This document shows positions 18,831 through 27,830 of a DNA stretch of 64,000 nucleotides, piece by piece. The stretch's first letter is position 1. Each line of letters opens with the position of its first letter. The DNA comes from Planctomycetota bacterium (lineage in GTDB: Bacteria > Planctomycetota > UBA8108 > SXIK01). The translations under genes and the position numbers were made by a program. The DNA is taken from NCBI GenBank assembly GCA_965223265.1, contig OZ244999.1:7488001-7552000 (forward strand). Direction: 5' to 3'. The notes beneath the pieces are model-generated. The model made no database searches. It was not told the DNA's origin and saw nothing but the letters and a program-made list of their open reading frames with translations.

Positions 18831-20024
18831 ATGAAAAAACTGCTGACGCTTGGGCTATTCGTGGGAGCGGTGACGCAGGCTCAGACGGCCGTCGCGGAAG
18901 AGGCCTCGCAGTTCATCCGCGGCGACGCGAATTGCGACGCCGTCCGCGACATCAGCGATCCGATCTACTCGCTGAACTACCAATTCGGATCCAGGTCAGC
19001 GCCGTGCTGTCAGGAGGTCATCGACACCAACGGCGACGGTCAGGGAGACATCAGCGATGCCATCTTCGACCTCAACTTCCAGTTCGTCAGCGGCACACCG
19101 CCGCCAGCACCGCATCCAACGTGCGGCAGCATCGAAGGCGTCGAGTGCGCCGGCCATCCATGTAACCTACCCGGTGCGTTCATCGACTGGGTGACGGTCG
19201 GTAGCCCTGGTAATCCGCCAGATAGCGACGGCTTCGGCTCTGTGACCGAGGCCTACCGCATCGCCAAGTTCGAAGTGACCAATGCGCAGTGGACCAAATT
19301 CCTCAACACGGTCGATCCCGCAGGCGACAACGCACTGCAGCTCTTCGACGTCAACATGGAGGCCGATCCGAAAGGCGGAATCGCGCTGGTCAGCGCCAAC
19401 GACGATGGCGCTAAGTTCGTCGCCAAGGAAGATCGCAGTGACAAACCGGTCGTCTACATCGACTGGTTCAGCGCCGTGCGCTTCTGTAACTGGCTTCACA
19501 ACGACGAGGGCGGCCCCGGTTCGACCGAGGACGGCGCCTACGAAACGATCGGCGGCGATCCCATAACCGGCGTCACCGACGCGCTCCAGATTCAGCGTAC
19601 GGCGGACGCCAGGTTTTTCGTCCCCACCAAGAACGAGTGGCTCAAAGCCGCGTACTACGAGCCGAACACACAAACCTACTTTGCTCTTGCGGTACAGGTG
19701 AACGGCGACGTCGGTCCGTTCCCCGAAGCGCCGCCAGGCGGCGACCGCTCCGTCAACACGGATTTCGCCGTCGGCGACATGACCGATGTCGGATCGTACG
19801 CAAGTGCGCCAAGTCCGCACGGCACGTTCGACCAGTGCGGCAACGTCTCCGAGTGGATCGAGCACGGATTCTCATCGGACTCTCAGGAACCGCTCGTCCT
19901 GGGAAGCCACTGGAGATTTGCCGCTGTTTTCTGCTGGAGGTTTGGCCATGACGAATGGCGCGCCGCGGACTTCCGTGGCGATCATGTCGGGTTTCGTCCA
20001 GCTGCTTCGGTCGTGAGTCCCTGA
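18831..20024 (+). CDS. Dockerin-like domain + formylglycine-generating-enzyme-family (SUMF1/C-type-lectin fold) protein, secreted
   Basis: GGGAG RBS, signal peptide; FIRGDANCDAVRDISD...DTNGDGQGDISD; KFEVTNAQW, FCNWLHN, PTKNEWLKAAY, DQCGNVSEW, VGFRPA. Confidence 0.8.
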   Translation: MKKLLTLGLFVGAVTQAQTAVAEEASQFIRGDANCDAVRDISDPIYSLNYQFGSRSAPCCQEVIDTNGDGQGDISDAIFDLNFQFVSGTPPPAPHPTCGSIEGVECAGHPCNLPGAFIDWVTVGSPGNPPDSDGFGSVTEAYRIAKFEVTNAQWTKFLNTVDPAGDNALQLFDVNMEADPKGGIALVSANDDGAKFVAKEDRSDKPVVYIDWFSAVRFCNWLHNDEGGPGSTEDGAYETIGGDPITGVTDALQIQRTADARFFVPTKNEWLKAAYYEPNTQTYFALAVQVNGDVGPFPEAPPGGDRSVNTDFAVGDMTDVGSYASAPSPHGTFDQCGNVSEWIEHGFSSDSQEPLVLGSHWRFAAVFCWRFGHDEWRAADFRGDHVGFRPAASVVSP

Positions 20025-20307
20025 GCGCTCCGCGGTTCTGTCCACCGCGAATGGGCACGCCATTTCTTTTCGAACGGTAGGACTCCGGGGCGCGACGACG
20101 TTCACGTTCCGAACGTCAGCACGCCGAAGAGTTTTTGAACCCTGCGCCACTCTGCGATGGGCATCTCTGGAACAAGTGGCAAAATCTGCGGCTTTCTTCT
20201 CCATCTCTCTATATCTTGTTTGGAAGACGAGACCGCGTCGCTGGCAGAACGAACCTGCGAGCTTCCTGCAAAACACTTCCAAAGCAGACACGAGAGATCC
20301 ATCCACA

Positions 20308-23300
20308 GTGGAACCAAAACCGCTTCCGTCCCCGCAGCTGCTCACCGCGGCGCGAGTCGCTCTGGTACGCTGGATCTGCGCCGGCTCACTGTTCGCGCTT
20401 GCATTGGCTGCGACGTCGCTAAGTGCACAGGATGCAGAAGGCGAAGAGCCCAATCGCGGCGGCAGCCTCAATCTTGACGCCACGGACCCCGAGATCGCGA
20501 GAGAGCGGCTGCACCTCGCCGACGGCTATGAGGTCAACCTGTTCGCGTCAGAGAAACGCTTCCCCATCGACAATCCCGTGTCGATGACGTTCGACGCCAA
20601 GGGACGACTCTGGGTCGTCACGATGCCGTCATACCCGCAGTACCTGCCCGGGGAGCCGCCGAACGACAAGTTGGTCATCCTCGAGGACGTTGATGGTGAT
20701 GGCGCGGCGGACCGCCACATCGTGTTCGCGGATGGCCTTCACGTGCCGACCGGCTTCGAGCTCGGCGACGGCGGCGCCTACATCGCGCAGCAGCCCGACC
20801 TCATCTTTGCACACGACGTCGATGGTGACGACGTCGCCGACGAACGCTCCATCGTCCTGCACGGCTTCGGCAGCGAGGACAGCCATCATTCGATCAGTGC
20901 GTTCACTTGGGGGCCGGGGGGCGCGCTCTACTTCCAGGAAGGAATCTTCCACAACTCGCAAGTGGAGACGCCGTACGGCCCCGTGCGCCTCAAAGATGCG
21001 GGCGTCTTTCGCTACAAGCCACAGCGCGGCTGGCTCGAGGTGTTCGTCTCGTACCCTTTCTCGAATCCATGGGGCCACGTCTTCGATCGCTGGGGGCAAA
21101 ACTTCATCGCTGACGCCTCCGGCGGCGCCAACTACTTCGGGCTGCCGATCACCGGCCACGTCGAACACCCGCGCAAGCATCCTCGCATGAAGACCTTCAC
21201 CACACGAGTACGACCCACTGCCGGTTGCGAAATCGTCTCGAGCCGCCACTTCCCCGACGAGGTGCAGGGGAATTTCATTCTGAACAACTGTATCGGCTTT
21301 CAAGGCGTCAAGCAGCACCGCGTCATCGAGGAGGGATCCGGTTTCACTTCGGAGGAAGTCGAGCCGATCCTCTACTCCTCGGACCGCAACTTTCGGCCGG
21401 TGGATCTGCAGTTCGGCCCCGACGGCGCGCTCTACATCGCCGACTGGTTCAACCCGCTCGTCGGCCACATGCAGTACTCCCTGCGTGACGAGCGGCGCGA
21501 TCACACGCACGGCCGCATCTGGCGGGTCACGTACAAGGGTCGCCCGCTCGTGAAGAAGGCGGCGATCGCAGGCGCGTCGATCCCCGAGTTGCTCGAGCTG
21601 CTCAAGACGTATGAAGATCGCACGCGCTATCGGGTTCGTCGCGAGCTCCGCAGCCATCCGCGCGACGAAGTCGCCGCACACGTCGGACGTTGGGTGAAGA
21701 GTCTTGATGCGAGCTCGGAGAAGTACGAACACCACCTCCTCGAGGCGCTCTGGGTGCATCAAACCGTCAATGTCGTCAGTGAGCCGCTACTGAAACGATT
21801 GCTGAACGCGCGTTCAGGGAAAGCGCGCGCCGCCGCGACGCGAGTTCTTCGGTATTGGCGCGATCGCATCGATGGGGCTTTCGACCTCCTCAGCGCGCAG
21901 GTGCTCGATGCGCATCCGCGCGTCCGCCTCGAAGCGATCGTGGCGCTGAGTCATTTCGTCGACAGCGCGTCCGGAAAACGACCGCGAAGCCGAGAAGCAA
22001 CGGAGGCTGCGCTCGCCGCACTTCGCCACGAGCGGGACGACTATATCGACTACGCGCTGCGGGAAACCATCGCCACACTCGAGCCATACTGGAAGCCGCT
22101 TCTCGCCACCGGTGAGGATCTTTGCACCAGCGATCAACCGGGTCTCGAATACCTTCTCGGCACGCTGTCGACGCCGGACCTACTGAGCGTCCAGCGTTCT
22201 CCCTTGGTGGCGAACGAGCTTCTCCTCCGCCACGACGTCGACGATGCGCAGCGACGCGCAGCGCTACGCGATCTCACTGCGGCCCGCGGTACGACACTCG
22301 CACGAGAGAGCGTCGCCGCACTGGCGCGTGCCGACGCTGCCGGCGGTGAACATGCAGCCCATGTCGTTCACGCGCTGTCGCAAATTCTTCACGGCCTGGA
22401 TGCTGCGGAGATCGCGGCAGTGCGCGGAGATCTGGCGCGACTGGGATCGACAGCGACTTTGGAGTCGACGCGTGATCTGGCGGTGAAATCGGTGATCGAA
22501 ACCGATGCGACGCCGCTACGCTCGTGGAACGACGCCGGCAGCGATTCGGCGCAGCAAACCATCGTCCTCCGTGCGCTCGCGTTGGCCCAGCCGCCAGAGC
22601 TCCGGACCCTGCTCTACCCTCAGGTGCGTGCACTTCTCGATTCCAGGCGCGGCGCACCAGCGAACGACGAACAGGGTCATTCTGTCGTGAGCGCCGCGAT
22701 GACGGCAATCGCGTCGATGACGGAACACCGAGGCGAAGTGGTGGAACTTCTCGCGGACTTTTACCGCAACGGTACCGCGGCTGAGGCGGATGCCGCCGTG
22801 CGAGCGGCTTTGCTCGTGCGCGCCGAGGAATGGCCCCAAGCCGCGGCGGCTGACCTGGCCGAAGCGATCGCCGTGCGTGTCAACGACGTCAAACCGCCTG
22901 CGCGCTCGGCCGTCCCGGTTCAAGAAGCGCTCGAGCTGGCGAACCGCCTCACCGAGCGCCTCCCTGAGACGCGCGCGGTGGCACTCCGTGCCACGCTGGC
23001 CGATCTCGCGGTCGCAGTGATCCTCATTCGTACGGTGCCGCACCAAATGGCGTTCGACAAGACTGAGATCTTCGTTGAAGCCGGCAAGCCCGTCGAGATT
23101 GTCGTCGAGAACCTCGACATCATGCCGCACAACCTGCTCATCACGGCACCCAAATCGATGGAAGAGGTTGGACAACTGGCAGAGCGCATGGCGACGCTGC
23201 CGGATGCTTTTTCGCGTCACTTCATCCCCGACACCCCGAAAGTTCTTCACGCCACCAAAATGCTGCAGCCGCGCCAAGTTGCACGCCTCAGCTTCGTTGC

Positions 23301-23979
23301 GCCGACGGAAACTGGCAGATATCCGTACGTCTGCACCTTCCCGGGTCACTGGCGCAAGATGAACGGCGTCATGCACGTGGTCTCGAACCTCGACAGCTAT
23401 CGCGAACGCCTCGCGGCCGACGCGAATGAAGATGGCGGCGCCGCTGAAGCGCGCCCACTTGTCCGCGAGTGGACCGTCGAGGATCTGCTGCCCGCGCTCG
23501 GCAAAGTCGATCGCGGGCGCTCGTTCGAGCGTGGCAAGGAAATGTTCACGGCTGCCGGTTGCAATCAATGCCACAAGCTCGGCGACGCCACCGGTATCCT
23601 CGGACCAGATCTATCGCAGGTGCGCGACAAGATGCGCGAGAAGAAGATGGGGCGCGTCGACCTGCTGCGAGAAATCGTCGAGCCCTCGAAGGTGATCGCG
23701 AAGGAGTTCAGCGCCCAGGTGATCGTCACCGTCGACGGTCAGCTCGTCACCGGCATCGTGCTCGAAGAAGACGAAAAAACGCTGCGCATTGTCACGAATC
23801 CGCTCGACCAAGAGAAGCCGCGAGTCGTTGCGGTCGAGCGGATCGCTGCGCGGGAACCGTCTGCCGTTTCGCTCATGCCGACTGGTCTTCTTTTCACGCT
23901 GACCGAGGCAGAGATCCTCGATCTCATCGCCTACGTCGAGTCGGCCGCGGATGCATCATCGCCACACTTCTCGAAATGA
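20308..23979 (+). CDS. PVC-type heme-binding protein: propeller dehydrogenase-like domain + HEAT repeats + azurin-like type-1 copper domain + cytochrome c
   Basis: FDAKGRLWV, NPWGHVFDRWG, FRPVDLQFGPDGALYIADW, HGRIWRV; PHN...CTFPGHWRKM copper site; CNQCH heme motif with distal SLMP. Start uncertain (20176 or 20308). Confidence 0.85.
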   Translation: MEPKPLPSPQLLTAARVALVRWICAGSLFALALAATSLSAQDAEGEEPNRGGSLNLDATDPEIARERLHLADGYEVNLFASEKRFPIDNPVSMTFDAKGRLWVVTMPSYPQYLPGEPPNDKLVILEDVDGDGAADRHIVFADGLHVPTGFELGDGGAYIAQQPDLIFAHDVDGDDVADERSIVLHGFGSEDSHHSISAFTWGPGGALYFQEGIFHNSQVETPYGPVRLKDAGVFRYKPQRGWLEVFVSYPFSNPWGHVFDRWGQNFIADASGGANYFGLPITGHVEHPRKHPRMKTFTTRVRPTAGCEIVSSRHFPDEVQGNFILNNCIGFQGVKQHRVIEEGSGFTSEEVEPILYSSDRNFRPVDLQFGPDGALYIADWFNPLVGHMQYSLRDERRDHTHGRIWRVTYKGRPLVKKAAIAGASIPELLELLKTYEDRTRYRVRRELRSHPRDEVAAHVGRWVKSLDASSEKYEHHLLEALWVHQTVNVVSEPLLKRLLNARSGKARAAATRVLRYWRDRIDGAFDLLSAQVLDAHPRVRLEAIVALSHFVDSASGKRPRSREATEAALAALRHERDDYIDYALRETIATLEPYWKPLLATGEDLCTSDQPGLEYLLGTLSTPDLLSVQRSPLVANELLLRHDVDDAQRRAALRDLTAARGTTLARESVAALARADAAGGEHAAHVVHALSQILHGLDAAEIAAVRGDLARLGSTATLESTRDLAVKSVIETDATPLRSWNDAGSDSAQQTIVLRALALAQPPELRTLLYPQVRALLDSRRGAPANDEQGHSVVSAAMTAIASMTEHRGEVVELLADFYRNGTAAEADAAVRAALLVRAEEWPQAAAADLAEAIAVRVNDVKPPARSAVPVQEALELANRLTERLPETRAVALRATLADLAVAVILIRTVPHQMAFDKTEIFVEAGKPVEIVVENLDIMPHNLLITAPKSMEEVGQLAERMATLPDAFSRHFIPDTPKVLHATKMLQPRQVARLSFVAPTETGRYPYVCTFPGHWRKMNGVMHVVSNLDSYRERLAADANEDGGAAEARPLVREWTVEDLLPALGKVDRGRSFERGKEMFTAAGCNQCHKLGDATGILGPDLSQVRDKMREKKMGRVDLLREIVEPSKVIAKEFSAQVIVTVDGQLVTGIVLEEDEKTLRIVTNPLDQEKPRVVAVERIAAREPSAVSLMPTGLLFTLTEAEILDLIAYVESAADASSPHFSK

Positions 23980-24097
23980 TGTGCAAGCTGGAGGGGAACG
24001 CCCTTGCGGCGCTCATCCGCATCCTTAGAATGAGCCTTTCCGTTGCGCCTACACGCTGCGCGTTCGCCCGCAACTCTGCTGCCGCTGGGAACCACCT

Positions 24098-26299
24098 ATG
24101 CACCCGCTCGACGCCCTCGTCCTCGCCGGTTACTTCATCGTCCTCATCGCGATCGGCGTCTACTTCGCTCGCCGCATCCGCGCCCAAGAGGATTTCTTCA
24201 TGGGTGGACGCGGCTTCGGCAAGTTGCTGCAGACGTTCGCCGCCTTCGGCGCTGGGACGGGTTCGGCTGATCCAGTCAATACAGGACGCACGACGATCAC
24301 CAGCGGCCTAAGCGGCATGTGGAGCGTGATGTACTGGCTCTTCGTCACGCCGTTCTACTGGATCACCGGCGTCTGGTACCGCCGCATGCGCCACCTGACG
24401 CTGGGTGACTGGTTCGTAGAGCGCTACGAATCGCGAGCACTCGGGGCCGCGTATGCACTGTGCGGCCTCGCGTTCATGATCGTCTACGGCGGCATGATGT
24501 TCTCGGCGCTCGGCAAGGTCGCGGCACCGATTCTCGACCAGACTCATTTCGTCATCATGGGTGAGCCCTACAAGGTGGAGAACGTTCTGGTGCCGATCAT
24601 CGGCATCGTCGTCCTCGTCTACGGCATCGCGGGGGGATTGAGCGCAGCCTATTTCACGGACCTTATCCAAGGCCTCTGCATCATCTTCCTTTCGATCATG
24701 CTCATTCCCTTCGGACTCGAAGCACTGGTCGAAAAGTTCGGCCAAGGCGACGAAGGTATGCTCTTCGGCTTTAAGATCATTCACGAGCGTTTGCCGGAGA
24801 ACTACTTTCACCTTGTCGGGTCCAGCAGCACCAGTGAGTTTCCACTCCATCGCCTTGTTGCCGTGGTGCTCCTGAACCTCGTCGGCATCGTTGTGCAGCC
24901 ACACTTCATTGCGACTGGCGGTGGTTCAGCGAAAAACGAGATGAGCGCGCGCGTCGGCCTCGTCGTCGGCAACTTCCTCAAGCGATTCTGCACCGTCGGC
25001 TGGGTGCTGACAGCCCTCATCGCCCTGGCACTCTTCGCGGACCACCCGGAAATCGCGGCCGACCCCGACAAGACGTGGGGAGTGACGTCGCGCGAGCTCC
25101 TGGGACCCGGCCTCACCGGTCTCATGCTCGCTTGCCTGCTCGCCGCTCTCATGAGTTCCGTCGACGCCTACATGGTCGTCGGCTCGGCCCTTGTCGTCCG
25201 CAATATCTACGCGCCCTATATCAACCCGAACGCCAGTGAAGCGCAGTACGTTCGTGTCGCACGGATCACGGGCGTTCTCATCGTCGCCGGCGGCGTGTGG
25301 ACGTCGCTCGCGCTCATGGACGTCTTCAAGCAACTGCAGATCTCATGGATCGTCCCAGCGGTGTTCGGCGCTACATTTTGGGTGGGCATGTACTGGCGGC
25401 GCGCAACGCGGGCTGCAGCGTGGACGACGGTCATCTATTGCGTGCTCTTCTTCTTCCTCCTGCCGCTCTTCCTTCCAGTGATTCTTCCGGGCCTCAAAGA
25501 TGATCCGCAGTACGCCGTCACGAATCGAATCGTCGTGACCACGACGACGCGCGAGGCGACGCCCTCCGATGCCTCAAGCCGCGACGGACAGATCAAGCTG
25601 TGGGAAGAGCGCCGCGCGCAGATCGACGACGAAACGAGCGAGTCGGCCCGAGAACAGCTCCTCGCCAGCCTTGGACCGCGGCCTCAACCGCTCGCCCCGG
25701 GCGACGCGATGACACTGCGGTCGACAGGCGGCGGCAAGGCGATCTTCTGGAGCGAAGGCGTCGTCCCGGTCGACGCCGAAGGAAACCCACTCAAGGGCGT
25801 GAAGCCGCGCCCGATCGGTGAGCCCCAGCAAATCGATGCCAACACCACCGAAGTGACGCTGGCCTATGACGAAGGCGTGCGGCTCCGCGGTCAAGGCAAC
25901 TTCAACCTCGACTTCCTTCTCTACAAGTGGGTTGGAGTTGACCTGCCCTCGATGACCAATGCGACGCTCAACACCCTCGAACTACCACCAAAAATCATTG
26001 CGCCGTTTCTCATCATGATCCTTGTCAGCCTCGTCACACGTCGCGGCTCCAAGCAGGCCCTCGATCGCTACTACGCCAAGATGAAAACACCTGTCGATCC
26101 CGATCCCGAACGCGACCGCGAGAAGCTCGAGGCGGCATACGCCAACCCGGAAGAGCTCGAGAAGTTGAAGCTCTTTCCGGGCACGAGCCTCGAATTTCAA
26201 AAACCGTCGCTCCTCGACGCCGGCGGCTTCATCCTCTGCGTTGCCGCCTGCTTTGGGATCATCTGGCTGGCGCTCTTCGTGGCGAGCGTCGGCTCTTAG
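24098..26299 (+). CDS. Sodium:solute symporter (SSS) family transporter with a soluble insertion near the C-terminus
   Basis: EDFFMGGR, YGIAGGLSAAYFTDLIQG, GLMLACLLAALMSSVD; many TM helices. Confidence 0.88.
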   Translation: MHPLDALVLAGYFIVLIAIGVYFARRIRAQEDFFMGGRGFGKLLQTFAAFGAGTGSADPVNTGRTTITSGLSGMWSVMYWLFVTPFYWITGVWYRRMRHLTLGDWFVERYESRALGAAYALCGLAFMIVYGGMMFSALGKVAAPILDQTHFVIMGEPYKVENVLVPIIGIVVLVYGIAGGLSAAYFTDLIQGLCIIFLSIMLIPFGLEALVEKFGQGDEGMLFGFKIIHERLPENYFHLVGSSSTSEFPLHRLVAVVLLNLVGIVVQPHFIATGGGSAKNEMSARVGLVVGNFLKRFCTVGWVLTALIALALFADHPEIAADPDKTWGVTSRELLGPGLTGLMLACLLAALMSSVDAYMVVGSALVVRNIYAPYINPNASEAQYVRVARITGVLIVAGGVWTSLALMDVFKQLQISWIVPAVFGATFWVGMYWRRATRAAAWTTVIYCVLFFFLLPLFLPVILPGLKDDPQYAVTNRIVVTTTTREATPSDASSRDGQIKLWEERRAQIDDETSESAREQLLASLGPRPQPLAPGDAMTLRSTGGGKAIFWSEGVVPVDAEGNPLKGVKPRPIGEPQQIDANTTEVTLAYDEGVRLRGQGNFNLDFLLYKWVGVDLPSMTNATLNTLELPPKIIAPFLIMILVSLVTRRGSKQALDRYYAKMKTPVDPDPERDREKLEAAYANPEELEKLKLFPGTSLEFQKPSLLDAGGFILCVAACFGIIWLALFVASVGS

Positions 26300-26390
26300 C
26301 TCCGGCCCGAGGTCACCAGCGTAGCAGGCGCATGCCGTGTGCCGTCCGGTCTTGTCGGCGTGGGAGTGCGCGTCGGCCGATCCCGTTTGC

Positions 26391-26484
26391 GTGGGAGTGT
26401 GGGAGTGTGGGAGTGTGGGAGTGTGGGAGTGTGGGAGTGTGGGAGTGTGGGAGTGTGGGAGTGTGGGAGTGTGGGAGTGTGGGA
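26391..26484 (+). repeat. Perfect 8-bp tandem repeat (GTGGGAGT)x11 + GTGGGA; G-quadruplex-competent
   Basis: Counted directly; one extra isolated unit at 26360-26367; 12 GGG runs spaced by 5 nt. Confidence 0.95.
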
Positions 26485-26500
26485 ACCCGGGTCACCGTAC

Positions 26501-26622
26501 GGCGGCGGTCATTGTCGAGGGTACGCGGTGCTCGGAACTGTCAAGGGTGCCCTCGCTGCGCTCGGCGCTGCGCGCCCTTGACAGTTCCTCCGCTCCGCGT
26601 TGGGGGGTGGAGTACCGCCGCC
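26501..26622. other. Nested inverted-repeat (long hairpin/cruciform) leader upstream of the four-helix-bundle gene
   Basis: GGAACTGTCAAGGG (26534-26547) / CCCTTGACAGTTCC (26575-26588) is a perfect 14 bp IR; outer pairs ACGCGG/CCGCGT and GGCGGCGGT (26501-26509)/ACCGCCGCC (26614-26622). Confidence 0.75.
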
Positions 26623-26664
26623 CGGATGCGGCGGGCTCTTGACTCACCGTTTCGGAGGCTTCTC

Positions 26665-26988
26665 ATGCGCTTCATCGCTCTCGATGTCAGTCTCAGTTTG
26701 ATTCGCGACTTGCGGGCTCCACTAGTGCGGCTTCGGAGGCTTGATCCAGATCTCCATCGGCAAATTCGGCAGGCTGCCTCTTCCGTCGCGCTCAATCTCT
26801 CAGAGGGTGCCGAGCGCGCTGGCAAAGATCGGCTCCACCTCTACCGCGTTGCCCGCGGCAGTGCCCGGGAGGTCGAGACTGCCCTGCAGCTCTCGGTGGC
26901 CTGGGGCGATCTCAAGGCCGAAGACGTCTCAGTGCCTCTCCAGACCCTCGATCGACTCCTAGCCCTTCTCAGCGGACTCACGCGCTGA
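26665..26988 (+). CDS. Four helix bundle protein (23S rRNA-IVP/bAvd-like family), 107 aa
   Basis: GGAGG RBS at 26654-26658; DLHRQIRQAASSVALNLSEG...YRVARGSAREVETAL matches the family motifs QxRRAAxSxxxNIAEG and ARGSAxE. Confidence 0.88.
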   Translation: MRFIALDVSLSLIRDLRAPLVRLRRLDPDLHRQIRQAASSVALNLSEGAERAGKDRLHLYRVARGSAREVETALQLSVAWGDLKAEDVSVPLQTLDRLLALLSGLTR

Positions 26989-27000
26989 GCGAGGCTACTG

Positions 27001-27028
27001 AGCGCCCGCTACTTTCGTAGCGGGCGCT
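27001..27028 (+). terminator. Strong hairpin directly after the four-helix-bundle gene
   Basis: AGCGCCCGCTAC-TTTC-GTAGCGGGCGCT, a perfect 12 bp stem followed by a pyrimidine-rich tract. Confidence 0.6.
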
Positions 27029-27200
27029 TCTGTATCTGGCCCTGTCTCCGTCATCCGAATCCGTCTCTGGCTCTGTATCTGCGTCTGTCTCCGCCTCTGA
27101 CTCTGTCATCTGCTTCTGTATCTCTATCCGTCATCCGTCTCTGATTCTGACTCTGATCCTGTCTCTGCCTCCGGTTCCGTCTCTCCCTCTGCCTCTCCCC
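27029..27200 (+). repeat. Degenerate hexamer array, consensus TCYGNY, about 29 units
   Basis: TCTGTA TCTGGC CCTGTC TCCGTC...TCTGAC TCTGTC...TCTGCC TCCGGT TCCGTC TCTCCC, with occasional single-A insertions. Confidence 0.85.
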
Positions 27201-27308
27201 CGCCTCGAACCCGCCGCGCCAAAAAAAGCACGGCGGCCCTCTGTGCCAATATAGCTGAGACATCTGCCTCCTCAGAAATTACTGTAGAGGGCGAGGAGGT
27301 CCTGGTGG

Positions 27309-27755
27309 ATGGGAGAATCGAAGAAGAACGAAGAGAACACGCCGCAGGCGGGGAAGAAACCTGCGCCTGTGCCGGACCCGGAGGTCCCTGAAAGACCCCG
27401 GCGCCGGACATATCCGGCGGAGTACAAACTGTGGGTCCTTGAGGAAGCAGACAGATTGAAGGAGTCCGGTGAAATGGGCGCGCTGCTTCGGCGCGAGGGG
27501 TTGTACTCCTCACACCTGACGACCTGGCGACAGCAGCGAGAGCAGGGAGCGCTCGATGGACTCAAAGCCAAGAAGCGTGGGCGCAAGGCCAAGGAGATCA
27601 ATCCGCTCGCTCAGCGCCTCGAGGAGCTGGAACGTGAGAATCGCAAGCTCAAGGGCCGTCTGAAACAAGCGGAGACGATCATCGATGTTCAAAAAAAAGT
27701 CTCCGAGATCTTGGGGGCGACGCCGGGGGAGCCGCCAAGCGACGAGGACGAATGA
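27309..27755 (+). CDS. IS3-family transposase OrfA (HTH + leucine zipper)
   Basis: PDPEVPERPRRRTYPAEYKLWVLEEAD...GALLRREGLYSSHLTTWRQQ...LEELERENRKLK...IIDVQKK. Confidence 0.88.
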   Translation: MGESKKNEENTPQAGKKPAPVPDPEVPERPRRRTYPAEYKLWVLEEADRLKESGEMGALLRREGLYSSHLTTWRQQREQGALDGLKAKKRGRKAKEINPLAQRLEELERENRKLKGRLKQAETIIDVQKKVSEILGATPGEPPSDEDE

Positions 27756-27815
27756 TGACTGCCGCTCAAGGTCTTTCAAGAACGGTAGGAACGGCGAGAG
27801 CCTGCGAAGCCCTCG
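27752..27815 (+). pseudogene. IS3 OrfB N-terminal remnant
   Basis: -1 frame relative to OrfA; VGTARACEAL resembles an IS3 OrfB start and then runs into the 3' end of the convergent gene. Confidence 0.6.
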
Positions 27816-27830
27816 AACACGAGCGCTCCA

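Larger units (their letters stand above)
27242..27815 (+). mobile_element. Truncated IS3-family insertion sequence (left end + OrfA + first ~21 codons of OrfB)
   Basis: Left end TGTGCCAATATAGCTGAGACA; intact OrfA; A8G slippery site at 27691-27699; OrfB start MMTAAQGLSRTVGTARACEAL breaks off; no DDE domain or right end seen. Confidence 0.8.

Noticed and set aside
26313-26664. ORFs encoding VWECGS or HSHTPTLP repeats, and the 218-aa extension of the four-helix-bundle ORF
   Set aside because: These are translations of the non-triplet 8-bp DNA repeat; the real start with a GGAGG RBS is at 26665.
18831-26988. Diversity-generating retroelement (FGE/C-type-lectin target + Avd-like gene)
   Set aside because: No reverse transcriptase in the window and no adenine-variant template repeat matching the FGE gene's 3' end was seen; the two genes are 6.6 kb apart. 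A remote TR/RT elsewhere cannot be excluded.
26501-27028. 23S rRNA intervening sequence
   Set aside because: No rRNA sequence flanks the four-helix-bundle gene.
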